64,000 nucleotides of DNA from Candidatus Omnitrophota bacterium. Lineage in GTDB: Bacteria > Omnitrophota > Gorgyraeia > Zapsychrales > Zapsychraceae. This document shows positions 8,991 to 18,511 of this stretch, one piece after another. The stretch spans positions 8,868 through 72,867 of the forward strand of contig JANQMA010000003.1 of assembly GCA_028280285.1 (NCBI GenBank), read 5' to 3'. A program made the translations under genes and the position numbers. The notes under the pieces are model-generated. The model saw only the letters and a program-made list of their open reading frames with translations. It made no database searches and was not told the DNA's origin. Position 1 is the stretch's first letter. Each line of letters begins with the position of its first letter.

Positions 8991-9203
8991 TTACTTAAAA
9001 TTCAGCAGTTTGGATGGGGTGGTTTTGAGGGCTTTGGCGATTTTCTCGAGGTTTTGTAGTCCTAAATTTTTCTCACCACGCTCTATCTGACCGATATATG
9101 CTCTATGTAAATCTGCTTCAAAAGCAAGTTCTTCCTGTGTAAGCCCACGTTTTTTACGTAATTCACGTATCTTTAATCCTACTTTTTTGTTAATTTTTGC
9201 CAT
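8991..9203 (-). CDS. XRE-family helix-turn-helix transcriptional regulator
   Basis: LKIRELRKKRGLTQEELAFEADLHRAYIGQIERGEKNLGLQNLEKIAKAL is the canonical Cro/C1 HTH. Confidence 0.8.
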   Translation of the reverse strand: MAKINKKVGLKIRELRKKRGLTQEELAFEADLHRAYIGQIERGEKNLGLQNLEKIAKALKTTPSKLLNFK

Positions 9204-9276
9204 ATATGTATTGTATTTCCATGCTACTTATCAGTCGACTATCTAAAGGTAGCATTTAATAAAGTTATGTGATACA

Positions 9277-9465
9277 ATGCGAGGCAGGAAAAAAGATTGT
9301 GACATGGACGAAAAAGTTATTGATGAGTTAAAACTAAGACTTCAAGCGCCGATTATAGCTATGGAGAGGATTGCAGAAGGAAGCTCTTTGCCTCAAGTGT
9401 TTGTCGATGCGGCATTGTCGGAGCTTAAGGCGGTAGAGGAGTTGCTCAGTAAGCTAAAAAAATAA
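9277..9465 (+). CDS. small hypothetical protein
   Basis: ORF abutting the downstream receiver gene (stop TAA directly followed by ATG). No motif recognised. Confidence 0.3.
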   Translation: MRGRKKDCDMDEKVIDELKLRLQAPIIAMERIAEGSSLPQVFVDAALSELKAVEELLSKLKK

Positions 9466-9912
9466 ATGTGGCCTAATATCCGTAAATTATTTCTAAATAA
9501 AAAGAAGCATAGTAATCAAGAAAAGAAGCTTATTCTCATCATCGAAGACAATGATGTTGATATGCGGATTATTGAAAAGAGTTTGGGGAGCCTTAATTGC
9601 CGGATTTTGAAAGCCACGGGTGCGGCCGCCGGACTTGCCCTGGCGCGCCGTGAGATTCCTGATTTGATTATCCTCGATTGCCTCTTGCCTGAGATGCGCG
9701 GGGAAGAGGTATGCCGCAGGCTTAAAAGCGATACAAAGACACGGCTCATTCCTGTGGTCATCTTGACTGTGCTTGAGAACAATATCCTCGATTGTTATGA
9801 GGCTGGTGCAACGAAATATGTGAAGAAACCGATTGTCCCCAAAATCCTCCGCCTCGAGGTCCAAGACGCCCTTGTCAACCCTGAACCGGTGATGGATGAA
9901 GACGGGCAGTGA
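9466..9912 (+). CDS. stand-alone response-regulator receiver (CheY-like) protein
   Basis: LILIIEDNDVDMR..IPDLIILDCLLPEMRGEEV..IPVVILT..YVKKP: acidic pocket, phospho-accepting Asp, and the T/K residues. Confidence 0.75.
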   Translation: MWPNIRKLFLNKKKHSNQEKKLILIIEDNDVDMRIIEKSLGSLNCRILKATGAAAGLALARREIPDLIILDCLLPEMRGEEVCRRLKSDTKTRLIPVVILTVLENNILDCYEAGATKYVKKPIVPKILRLEVQDALVNPEPVMDEDGQ

Positions 9913-9916
9913 CGGT

Positions 9917-11551
9917 TTATTTCCTCTTATAAATCCGCATCCCCGTGTCCGTCGTCCAGCCGGCGGCATGAGTCCACTGGCCGTATTCTTCGACTTTCAC
10001 AAAATTGGATTTGATATACTGGGCTAAAAGAGGTGAGTTGGTTTGTCCGAAGCGTCCCAGGCCGGGCTCTTCTGAGCGCACACGACTGGAGAGAAAGACC
10101 CAATTGACATTATTGGCCTCAAGTTCGGCAATAATATTTTTTTCCTGATCTTCGGGGATATTTAAAAAGTCGAAGAACACAAGCTGGCGTGTCGGGCTTC
10201 TCCTGTCGGCCAAAAAGTAATAGAGCGGATCATAGGGTGCCGCGAAAAACAGCTCGTTTTCACCCACATTCCTTGCGATAAAATCAAGCGTTTTGCTGAC
10301 CGTCATCCTCCATTCAAATGAGTTTCCGACATATATATCAGCTTTTTTATAATTCAAATGCGAAAGCTTTGTTTTAAACGGGATAATGCTTGTGTTGTTT
10401 TTATAGATAAGCGCACTGAGTTGAATCACAAGAAAAAAGATAATGGCTATCCGGACAAAAGGGCGGACCTTTTTCTCTAGATAACCGAGGAAGCTAAAGA
10501 CAAAAAGCAACACAAAGCTATCTGCCCAGAAACTGCGGAAAAATACCCCGCTAATTAAATACTCATGCAGCTGCAAAAGATAAAAAATACCAAAACAAAA
10601 CAAAAACGGAACAAACGGATCCTTATCTTCTTTATCTTTAAGAAGAAAAAAGAAAGATGCCATAATAAGGACACAAAGAAAAATATCTAGGGCAGAGAAC
10701 GTTATGATAATGTATTTATCATGGATCAGGGTAATAATGTTTTGCAGAATGCTTGGGTATTGCGCGGTCGAGGCATCGTTGCCGAAATATTGAAAGTTTT
10801 GTTTAATGATGTAGAAGGGGAGTCCGGTTAAGAAAACACCGTTGGCAATAATCCAGCCGGCAGGAAGTGCAATAATTGAAGTCAGCGCAGTTTTTTTGCT
10901 GCCGGTGCGGCTCTCTTTAGGGCTCAGCATTTTGACACCGGCGATGACAATCAATGTCGCCACGAGGCTTGCAACACCAAGATTGAGCTTCACCAATCCC
11001 AGGAGAAAAGTGAAAAGTAAAGAAATACGTAAGTGTTTTAAATCTTTTATTTTTAAAAAGAGACATAAAAAGTATACGGTTGCAAGATTCAAGGCGATGC
11101 CGCCGATATGATCATAGGTATAGAAAAAATCGTTCTGGAAAAAGAAGAAAAAAAGCGCGCCTAAAAGAGCGATCGACACCGAGCAGATCAACCTAAGCGT
11201 AAGAAAGATAAGCCCTGAACTTGCGATCATTAAAACGGCCTTGCCGATCAAAAGGCTTTTGATCGATGTGCCGAAAAGCGCGAAAAAGACCGCGTAATAG
11301 TAAGGCATAAGCGGTCCGTAAAACCAGTGAAAGTCTTTGTACGGTATTTCCCCGCGCAACACAGCTTCGGCGGCATAGAGGTTAAGCCCATGGTCGCCCT
11401 GGGAAAGCTGGATTTGATAGTCAATCGACGGATAATAGATAACGGCTGCGCAGATTATGGCCGCCAAGAAGTAGGCAAGGGACGATTGTCTGGCGGGTTC
11501 TTTCATCACACTCATCTTAGCAAATCTGCTTATAAAGGGGAGGCTTTTCAA
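9917..11551 (-). CDS. polytopic membrane protein, GT-C-type glycosyltransferase-like (ArnT/PMT-like)
   Basis: About 11 N-terminal TM helices with a C-terminal soluble domain. Architecture typical of GT39/GT83. Confidence 0.5.
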   Translation of the reverse strand: MKSLPFISRFAKMSVMKEPARQSSLAYFLAAIICAAVIYYPSIDYQIQLSQGDHGLNLYAAEAVLRGEIPYKDFHWFYGPLMPYYYAVFFALFGTSIKSLLIGKAVLMIASSGLIFLTLRLICSVSIALLGALFFFFFQNDFFYTYDHIGGIALNLATVYFLCLFLKIKDLKHLRISLLFTFLLGLVKLNLGVASLVATLIVIAGVKMLSPKESRTGSKKTALTSIIALPAGWIIANGVFLTGLPFYIIKQNFQYFGNDASTAQYPSILQNIITLIHDKYIIITFSALDIFLCVLIMASFFFLLKDKEDKDPFVPFLFCFGIFYLLQLHEYLISGVFFRSFWADSFVLLFVFSFLGYLEKKVRPFVRIAIIFFLVIQLSALIYKNNTSIIPFKTKLSHLNYKKADIYVGNSFEWRMTVSKTLDFIARNVGENELFFAAPYDPLYYFLADRRSPTRQLVFFDFLNIPEDQEKNIIAELEANNVNWVFLSSRVRSEEPGLGRFGQTNSPLLAQYIKSNFVKVEEYGQWTHAAGWTTDTGMRIYKRK

Positions 11552-11587
11552 TAATATTATTCTATGATAGAATGCGCGTTTACATAG

Positions 11588-11648
11588 GTGTAAGGGGTTA
11601 GGTTTTGGGTGTTAGGGTCTAAAACCTAAAACCCAACACCTAATACCT
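11588..11648. repeat. degenerate inverted repeat, gtgttagg family
   Basis: ggttaggttttgggtgttagggtc / taaaacctaaaacccaacacctaa. Related copies at 29995-30066 and 51673-51737. Confidence 0.8.
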
Positions 11649-11679
11649 TTTATCGTTTAAAAACAAAAAAGGACTAAAA

Positions 11680-12006
11680 ATGCACACAATAAGTTTTGAT
11701 GAATTTAAAAAGATCGAGATTGCTTTGGCGGAAATTAAGGAAGCCAAGGAACATCCTAATGCCGATAGATTATATGTACTTCAGGTTGACTTAGGTGATG
11801 AGACGCGCCAATTGGTTGCCGGCATCCGTCATGCGTACACAACCGATGAACTTGTTGGTAAAAAGGTAATGATTGTTAAGAACCTTGAGCCGGCCACAAT
11901 CCGCGGCGAAGAATCAAAGGGGATGATCCTTGCCGTATCGGATGACGACACACTCTCGGTGCTGTCGCCTGAAAGGGATATTAAACTTGGAAGCCTTGCG
12001 AAATAA
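11680..12006 (+). CDS. csaA: tRNA-binding domain protein (CsaA/Trbp111, EMAP-like)
   Basis: HPNADRLYVLQVDLGDETRQLVAGI..LVGKKVMIVKNLEPATIRGEESKGMILA. Confidence 0.8.
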   Translation: MHTISFDEFKKIEIALAEIKEAKEHPNADRLYVLQVDLGDETRQLVAGIRHAYTTDELVGKKVMIVKNLEPATIRGEESKGMILAVSDDDTLSVLSPERDIKLGSLAK

Positions 12007-12063
12007 GTGGTCAGTGATCGGTGGTCAGTGTTCAGAGCACTGATCACTGAACTCTGATCACTT
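12007..12063. repeat. degenerate inverted repeat, ggtcagtg family
   Basis: gtggtcagtgatcggtggtcagtgttcagagcactgatcactgaactctgatcac. Related copies at 32004-32062 and 56484-56562. Confidence 0.8.
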
Positions 12064-12071
12064 TTATAAAT

Positions 12072-12488
12072 ATGCCCACAGAAACGCACACTATTCAGCT
12101 TAAAACAAAAGGCAATGCCGAGATTGTTGATATTACCGACGATGTGCAGCAGGCGTTGACCGATGGCGACATCATCAACGGCATTGTGACGGTTTGCGTG
12201 ATTGGTTCAACCAGTGCGATTACAACTTGTGAATATGAACCCGGTTTGGTTCAGGACATCCCCGCGCTTATGGACAAGTTGATTCCGGAAGGTTCTTATA
12301 AGCATGATCAGACCTGGCACGATGGCAACGGGCATTCCCATCTGCGTTCATCGCTCGTCGGACCATCCATTACCATTCCTTTTAACGATAGAGAAATGAT
12401 TCTGGGGACCTGGCAGCAGATTATTTTTATCGATTTTGATAACCGTCCGCGTGACCGGCGGATAACGGTGCAAATTTTGGGGGATTAA
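12072..12488 (+). CDS. YjbQ/UPF0047 family protein (secondary thiamine-phosphate synthase-like)
   Basis: TTCEYEPGL..HDGNGHSHLRSSLVGPS..LGTWQQIIFIDFDNRPRDRRITVQILG. Confidence 0.8.
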   Translation: MPTETHTIQLKTKGNAEIVDITDDVQQALTDGDIINGIVTVCVIGSTSAITTCEYEPGLVQDIPALMDKLIPEGSYKHDQTWHDGNGHSHLRSSLVGPSITIPFNDREMILGTWQQIIFIDFDNRPRDRRITVQILGD

Positions 12489-12489
12489 T

Positions 12490-12542
12490 AGGACTTAGAA
12501 CATAGGCCTTGGGACTTGGGATTCCAAGTCCTAAGTCCCACG
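12490..12542. repeat. inverted repeat (ggacttggg family, single copy)
   Basis: taggacttagaacataggccttgggacttgggattccaagtcctaagtccca. Confidence 0.7.
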
Positions 12543-12566
12543 TATCAAGTACGAACTTCCTAATTC

Positions 12567-13634
12567 ATGAAATATAAAACCATCCTCATAACCGGCGGTG
12601 CAGGTTTTGTTGGCTCAAACCTCGCGGTTTATCTCAAAAACAAATGGCCTGATGCGCATATCATTTGTTTCGATAATCTTTCCCGAAAAGGGTCAGAATT
12701 AAATCTTCCAAGGCTCGCGGCGGCCTCCATTAAATTTATTAAAGGCGATGTATGCCATGTCGATGAGCTGCTTGCGCTTCAATCCATTGATCTTTTGATT
12801 GATTGTGCGGCCGAACCGTCTGTCCTTGCAAGCTACGCCAACCCGGAAAAGACAATTGCAACTAATTTAGAAGGGACAGCCAATTCGTTGCAATTGACCA
12901 AACGTGATGGCGCCGACATCATTTTTTTATCGACATCTCGTGTTTATCCGATCGATCCACTCAATGCCATTGAAATAGTCGAGCATGCCACACGCTTTGA
13001 TTGGAAAGAAAGTTTAAATGAAAACGGCGCAAGTTACAAAGGCATCAGCGAAACATTTACCACCGACGGGTTCAATACGGTTTATGGCGAATCTAAACTT
13101 AAGTCGGAGGAGTTGATCCTTAACTATTTAAAAGAAAACAATACAAAAGGTGTGATTACACGCTTTGGCGTGATTGCCGGGCCATGGCAAATGGGAAAAA
13201 TAGATCAGGGCATAATCGGCTTCTGGATCGCCCAACATATTTTGGGAGGAAATTTGCAATATATAGGTTATAATGGAAGTGGAAAACAGGTTAGAGATGT
13301 TCTTCATATTGAAGACGTTTGTGATCTTGTTGCCTACCAAGTCGAACATCTTGACAAATTAAATGGTCAAACGTTTAATGCGGGCGGTGCGCGTGATGTA
13401 TCCGTATCATTGTTCGAACTTACACAGTTAGTAAGAAAAGTTACAGGTGTAACTAAAGAAATCGGCAGTCAGATGCAAGAGCGCGAAGGTGATGTTTGCA
13501 TTTATTTAACGGACAATACCAAGATTACGACCGCAACAGGGTGGAGGCCGAAGCGCGATATTCATCAAGTGATCAGTGATACGTATCAATGGATCATTGA
13601 TCATAAAGATCAACTAGAACATGTCCTCAAATGA
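12567..13634 (+). CDS. NAD-dependent epimerase/dehydratase (extended SDR)
   Basis: ILITGGAGFVGSNL N-terminal Rossmann motif. YxxxK region. 355 aa. Confidence 0.8.
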   Translation: MKYKTILITGGAGFVGSNLAVYLKNKWPDAHIICFDNLSRKGSELNLPRLAAASIKFIKGDVCHVDELLALQSIDLLIDCAAEPSVLASYANPEKTIATNLEGTANSLQLTKRDGADIIFLSTSRVYPIDPLNAIEIVEHATRFDWKESLNENGASYKGISETFTTDGFNTVYGESKLKSEELILNYLKENNTKGVITRFGVIAGPWQMGKIDQGIIGFWIAQHILGGNLQYIGYNGSGKQVRDVLHIEDVCDLVAYQVEHLDKLNGQTFNAGGARDVSVSLFELTQLVRKVTGVTKEIGSQMQEREGDVCIYLTDNTKITTATGWRPKRDIHQVISDTYQWIIDHKDQLEHVLK

Positions 13635-15085
13635 ACATATTTAAATCCTTTCCGCAATTTGTGCCGCAGAAAGTCTGCTTGGCATGTCAGGGATGTTGCC
13701 GTTTTTCCGATAAGAAAAGTGTCTGGCGACCCAAAATCACTTTTGAAGAGATCGACGAGACGGCATGGAAAAACGCGACGCTTGCCAAGAAACTTACCGC
13801 GGCATTGGATGAGAAAGGTTATTTAAGCACAACAGCATCGCAACAAGTTGCTGTGGATGGCAAACCGGCCCATCATTGTTGCGGCCAGTTGTGTGAGCAG
13901 TCCAATGAATGCCAGATTTATGCCGACCGTCCGGTGGAATGCAGTATTTATCCGGTTTTGATTGTCGCACGCGGTAACAAAGTCGTTATTTCACTTCATC
14001 TGAGCTGTCCGTTTATTCAAGAATACTATGGCAGCGAAGCCTGTGATCAGTATATCGAGGAAGTTAAAGCGTTTTTCGGATCTTATGAGGTGCAGGAATT
14101 TCTTAACCGTAACCGGCATTTAGCCGGCGACTACTCTGAATATAAAGATGAGCTGGCCGAAATTATGACGATAGACCTTAAAGATGATGTTAAGTTTGAT
14201 CTTCTTAACCGTCGTCTGGATGTCGAGCAGGCGCTTAAATGCACGCAGCATCAGCAATCCGGTTATGCCTTCAACTATCTGTTCAGCTGGCATAAATTTT
14301 TCAAATTCGAATTTAAGGTCATAAGCGGCTTTCTTTGTATTTTCGCGCATCATGAGTTGGGTTGTTTTATGTATTTACCGCCACTCGGCGAAGGTGAGCC
14401 GACCGAAAATGTGATCAATGTCTGTTTTAATTACATGGACAGTTGCAATGAAGATAAGTCAGTATCACGGATAGAAAATGTTGAGGCCGGGCAACTTGGT
14501 ATGTTTAAAGAGGCGCAGTTTAAAGCGATTATCAAAGAAAATGAATATGTTTATGCCAAGAAAGATATTATTACATTGCGCGGCAACATGTATAAATCAA
14601 AACGCGCGGATTACAATTATTTTGTAACACATAATATTTTTAGTTATCATCCTTACGATCCATCGATGAAAGAAGAGTGCTTAGCGCTGTATGATGAGTG
14701 GAAAAAGGAAAAGGAAGAAAAATCAAACGATGCTTTGTATACGTATTTGTTGATGGAAAACCGCGATGTGCATCAGCTGATATTCAATGAAGGCGCGCAT
14801 GTCGGTATTGTCGGGCGGGTTGTTAAGATTGATGATAAAATCCGGGCTTATACGTTTGGTTATAGATTAAATGAGACAACATTTTGTGTGTTATTTGAAA
14901 TTACAGACCTGTCTGTACGTGGATTAGCCGCATATATTTTTAGCCGCTTTTGTGAAGACCGGGCGCTTGAGCCTTACACCTACATTAATGTCATGGGCGA
15001 CTTTGGTATGGAGAATATCAAACATGCCAAAGAATCTTACCGTCCTCAAGAAATTGTTCAAAATTATACCGTATCGAGAAAATAA
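13631..15085 (+). CDS. fusion protein: YkgJ-type CxxCxxCC Zn/Fe-cluster domain plus C-terminal domain of uncertain fold (possibly DUF2156/FemAB-GNAT-like)
   Basis: N-terminus CLACQGCC and HHCCGQLCEQSNECQIYADRPVECSIYP match the YkgJ/UPF0153 cluster pattern. C-terminal 300 aa assignment is tentative. Confidence 0.45.
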   Translation: MNIFKSFPQFVPQKVCLACQGCCRFSDKKSVWRPKITFEEIDETAWKNATLAKKLTAALDEKGYLSTTASQQVAVDGKPAHHCCGQLCEQSNECQIYADRPVECSIYPVLIVARGNKVVISLHLSCPFIQEYYGSEACDQYIEEVKAFFGSYEVQEFLNRNRHLAGDYSEYKDELAEIMTIDLKDDVKFDLLNRRLDVEQALKCTQHQQSGYAFNYLFSWHKFFKFEFKVISGFLCIFAHHELGCFMYLPPLGEGEPTENVINVCFNYMDSCNEDKSVSRIENVEAGQLGMFKEAQFKAIIKENEYVYAKKDIITLRGNMYKSKRADYNYFVTHNIFSYHPYDPSMKEECLALYDEWKKEKEEKSNDALYTYLLMENRDVHQLIFNEGAHVGIVGRVVKIDDKIRAYTFGYRLNETTFCVLFEITDLSVRGLAAYIFSRFCEDRALEPYTYINVMGDFGMENIKHAKESYRPQEIVQNYTVSRK

Positions 15086-16441
15086 ATGAACGCCCTTTAC
15101 AGCCGCAGCGAAGATTTTTCCGGTGATATAGACAGTATTGTCCATACCTTCCGCCATCGCAGGCATCTTTTCCTCCTTGAAAGCAGTTTTAAAGATGTTC
15201 ACCGTGGGAGGTACTCTTTTATCGGATTTGATCCGGCAGAATGTATTGCCGCCGATGGCAAAGATGCGCTTGATGGGCTGCGGGCTAAATTTGAAAACTA
15301 CAGACGGACAATTAAAACAGATTTAACGCCCCTTTATGCGGGCATTGTCGGTTTTATCGGGTATGATTATGGGTTATATCAAGAAGGTATTGCAGCAAAA
15401 ACAAAAGAAGATAATGTTTCTGATGTATGGTTTGGTTTTTATGAAACGATTATTACGATTGATCACTTCACGAATAAAATTCATATCACATCAATTGCAA
15501 CGCAAGCGGTGGTAGATGCTGTTTATGAACAAATCAAAACGACAACAGCAACTGATTATAAGTCAGAGACTACGTGTGTATTAGATGTCACTACCTTGAA
15601 AAGTAATTTTACCAAAAGTGATTATCTCAAGGCTGTTGACCGCGCCCGCGCCTACATTGCCGCCGGGGATATTTATCAGGTTAATCTATCACAAAAATTT
15701 ACATTAGAGGTTAAAAGCAACAGTATCAATGCATTTAAGATTTATGAATCTCTAAGAGACAATTCTCCTGCACCGTTTGGGTGTTTTCTTGATGGAGGTG
15801 CATTTCAGATTATCAGCAGTTCCCCGGAGAGGTTTTTACGTCTTTGTGGAAGCACCCTTCAAACGCGTCCGATGAAAGGCACGGCAAAAAGAGGCGTGAC
15901 AGATGAACAGGATGAGCAAAATAAATCCGAATTAATTATGAGCCCAAAAGAGCGAGCCGAGCTTTTAATGATTACGGACCTTTTGCGTAATGATCTGGGG
16001 CGGGTATGCACATACGGAACAGTGTGCGTCCAAAATCGCCGGGAAATAGAAGCGTATAAAACGGTTTATCAAGCAACATCAACCATCGAAGGTGAGATTT
16101 CAGAAGATAAAGATTGTTTCGATGTCTTAAAGAGTATGCTTCCCGGCGGGTCAATTACAGGGTGTCCTAAAATAAGGGCCATGACAATTATTGAAGAACT
16201 CGAACCCACACGGCGTGGCGTCTATACAGGGATCATGGGCTATATCAATTTTTCAGGGGCAATGGACTTTAATGTGCTCATCCGCACGCTTGTTTTAACG
16301 CAAGATAAAATCACTTATCAAGTCGGCGGCGGCATTGTTTATGATTCTGATGCTGTGAAAGAATACGAAGAGACATTGATCAAGGCTGAAGCCATTCAAA
16401 AGACGATTGAAAATCTTTTTGCCGTACAAGCGTCTGCATGA
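15086..16441 (+). CDS. pabB: aminodeoxychorismate synthase component I
   Basis: Chorismate-binding motifs SSPERFLRL, PMKGTAKRG, GCPKIRAMTIIEELEPTRRGVYTGIMGY. Called PabB rather than TrpE because of the adjacent class-IV aminotransferase. Confidence 0.75.
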   Translation: MNALYSRSEDFSGDIDSIVHTFRHRRHLFLLESSFKDVHRGRYSFIGFDPAECIAADGKDALDGLRAKFENYRRTIKTDLTPLYAGIVGFIGYDYGLYQEGIAAKTKEDNVSDVWFGFYETIITIDHFTNKIHITSIATQAVVDAVYEQIKTTTATDYKSETTCVLDVTTLKSNFTKSDYLKAVDRARAYIAAGDIYQVNLSQKFTLEVKSNSINAFKIYESLRDNSPAPFGCFLDGGAFQIISSSPERFLRLCGSTLQTRPMKGTAKRGVTDEQDEQNKSELIMSPKERAELLMITDLLRNDLGRVCTYGTVCVQNRREIEAYKTVYQATSTIEGEISEDKDCFDVLKSMLPGGSITGCPKIRAMTIIEELEPTRRGVYTGIMGYINFSGAMDFNVLIRTLVLTQDKITYQVGGGIVYDSDAVKEYEETLIKAEAIQKTIENLFAVQASA

Positions 16442-17271
16442 AACAATATATTATTTTTTATAACGGAAAATATTTAAACGTAAATAAAAAGTTCATTGAT
16501 CAAATTAAACCTGGCGTACTTGATGCGTGTGGCGTGTTTGAAACCATGGCCATTTACGACGGAAAAATCTTTGCCATAGATAAACATTGGCAAAGATTAC
16601 AAAGAGGATTAGGTGCTTATCAAATAAAAAGTCCCTATTCTCTTAAAAAACTGACGGAGAGCTGTTATCAAGTTATTAAACGCAATAAGATTTCCCACGG
16701 GCGCATTCGCGTTGCTATTTACCGGCAAGAAAAAATAATAACATCCATTGTCGCCACTCCTGCTAAAAAGAAAACCAAACACGATTATCAGAAGGGATAC
16801 AAGGCTTATGTTTCCTCGATCGTGCGCAATCCAAACAAAACATCCCATGTGAAAGGCCATCGTTACAGTCTGTTTTATCGTGCGCTTTTAGAGGCACGTG
16901 CCCATAAGTGTGATGAAGCCATCCTTTTGAATAAACATAAGGAAATTGTCGAAGGAGCGATGACAAATGTTTTTTTTATTAAAGGCAATATCCTTATGAC
17001 GCCTTTAATTGCCTGTGGGTGTTTAAATGGGATCACGCGTAATATGGTGATCGACATAGCCGGAGCACTGGGTCTTAAAGTCAAAAAGGGCCGATACACA
17101 TTAAACAGTTTGAAAAATGCCGATGAAGCGTTTGTCACCAATTCTATTCTGCCAGTGATGGCGCTTACTTCCATAGGCGGGGTCAAAGTGGGAAACAGAA
17201 AGATGGGCCCGCATACCACCCGCATCCTGAAGGCTTACCTGAGGCACAGCGCCGCAACCGAAAAAATTTAA
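16438..17271 (+). CDS. pabC: aminodeoxychorismate lyase / class IV aminotransferase
   Basis: Fold-type IV PLP enzyme pattern. Overlaps the pabB stop (ATGA). Confidence 0.65.
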   Translation: MKQYIIFYNGKYLNVNKKFIDQIKPGVLDACGVFETMAIYDGKIFAIDKHWQRLQRGLGAYQIKSPYSLKKLTESCYQVIKRNKISHGRIRVAIYRQEKIITSIVATPAKKKTKHDYQKGYKAYVSSIVRNPNKTSHVKGHRYSLFYRALLEARAHKCDEAILLNKHKEIVEGAMTNVFFIKGNILMTPLIACGCLNGITRNMVIDIAGALGLKVKKGRYTLNSLKNADEAFVTNSILPVMALTSIGGVKVGNRKMGPHTTRILKAYLRHSAATEKI

Positions 17272-17316
17272 ATCTCCATTGCGGCCTACTTCAAAGCCCT
17301 TTATAATCATAATACT

Positions 17317-18276
17317 ATGATTAAGTATTTATATCTTATGCTGCTTGTTTTGTCAGGCAGCGTGTTGCCTGCATCAGCCCAGAGTGATCCGTATGAGTCA
17401 TTTACGCAGCGGACACCTTCCTATCAATCTTTTGATGCGATTAAAAGGGATATTGCCGTACTTCTTCAACAAAACCGCGCGCTTGAGGAGCAATACAGTG
17501 AAGTGGAGGCAAAATCGCGTAGTACAAAAGAGGCTTATAGTCAAAAAAAGGGTGAAGTTGATCGGCTAAGGAGAGAGACAGGGATTGTTCTGCGTAAAAG
17601 CAAGAACAATGTCTACGAAATCGAAAGCACCCTCGGCGATATCGAATCGATCAAAAGCGCAATTCTCATTAAAAAAAGCCGCATTGCCCACCTGCAGGGA
17701 CAAATCATTATGGCCGAGGATAAACAGGTGCTCTGGGAGTTGCAATTACAGGATCTTAAAAATCAACAGATGCAGGCGGAAATAAACAGCAAAAAAAGCA
17801 AATTATCTGTGGAAGATAAAATCAATGCGGATAAGCTAGAGATTGCACGATTACAAAAAGAGATTAATACACTTAATCAGAACCTAAAGGCCCTTTCTAC
17901 AGAACACAAATCTTTTCAAAGCCTGACACAAAGCGCAGCGGACTCCTATAAAAAAATCGAGCGGAGTAATGATGCTCTTAAAAAGCAAATTTCCATTCTT
18001 GAAAGGGAAAGGGACTTGCTCTACCGTGAGATAGATAATTTGGAGGAAAGGCAGAAAATTATGAATTATTCACAGAGTGATGTGAATTATCATAAGGATT
18101 ATAGTAAAGAATTAGGCGAAGAAGTCTCTGTTCTGGAAGAAAAATATAGGAATATCAACGCGACCCTTCAAAACAAGCTTAACCGCGCCCAGCATTACAA
18201 AGAGCTTTCACAAGAGTTTATCGAAGCATCCAAAGCAAACCAGTTGCTGCGTCAGCAACTCAATGAGCTGCAATAA
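17317..18276 (+). CDS. secreted coiled-coil protein
   Basis: Signal peptide MIKYLYLMLLVLSGSVLPASAQ, then about 280 aa of heptad-rich Q/E/K/L sequence. Confidence 0.5.
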   Translation: MIKYLYLMLLVLSGSVLPASAQSDPYESFTQRTPSYQSFDAIKRDIAVLLQQNRALEEQYSEVEAKSRSTKEAYSQKKGEVDRLRRETGIVLRKSKNNVYEIESTLGDIESIKSAILIKKSRIAHLQGQIIMAEDKQVLWELQLQDLKNQQMQAEINSKKSKLSVEDKINADKLEIARLQKEINTLNQNLKALSTEHKSFQSLTQSAADSYKKIERSNDALKKQISILERERDLLYREIDNLEERQKIMNYSQSDVNYHKDYSKELGEEVSVLEEKYRNINATLQNKLNRAQHYKELSQEFIEASKANQLLRQQLNELQ

Positions 18277-18289
18277 GATGCGTATTTTG

Positions 18290-18363
18290 AATTAAGGGGA
18301 CACAATACTTAATTATTTATACCTAATGATATTTATTAATTAAGTATTGTGTCCCCTTAATTC
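18290..18363. repeat. perfect inverted repeat, taaggggacacaat family
   Basis: gaattaaggggacacaatacttaatta..taattaagtattgtgtccccttaattc. Second copy at 62911-62982. Confidence 0.85.
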
Positions 18364-18408
18364 AAATTGGCAATTTCAACCGAAATAGTATAAAATATGG
18401 CGTTCTGT

Positions 18409-18487
18409 TTGTGTAATGTGAACCGTGTAATGTGTAATTTCAGTTGTGCCAAGTTGACTATTACACCTTACACGTTACACTTTACAG
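18409..18487. repeat. degenerate inverted repeat (gtgtaatgtg family) upstream of the lrp-like gene
   Basis: gtgtaatgtgaaccgtgtaatgtgtaat / attacaccttacacgttacactttacag. Confidence 0.75.
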
Positions 18488-18511
18488 AGTAAATAAAAAG
18501 GAGAATCTCCC

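Noticed and set aside
6540-9470. Complete prophage or integrative element
   Set aside because: No integrase, recombinase, capsid or terminase genes are present; only an ORF6N-like gene and an XRE regulator, so at most a remnant.
9493-9969. 158-aa minus-strand ORF
   Set aside because: Antisense to the receiver-domain gene, which has all conserved REC residues.
16609-17310. Several minus-strand ORFs (67-116 aa)
   Set aside because: Antisense to pabC with no motifs.
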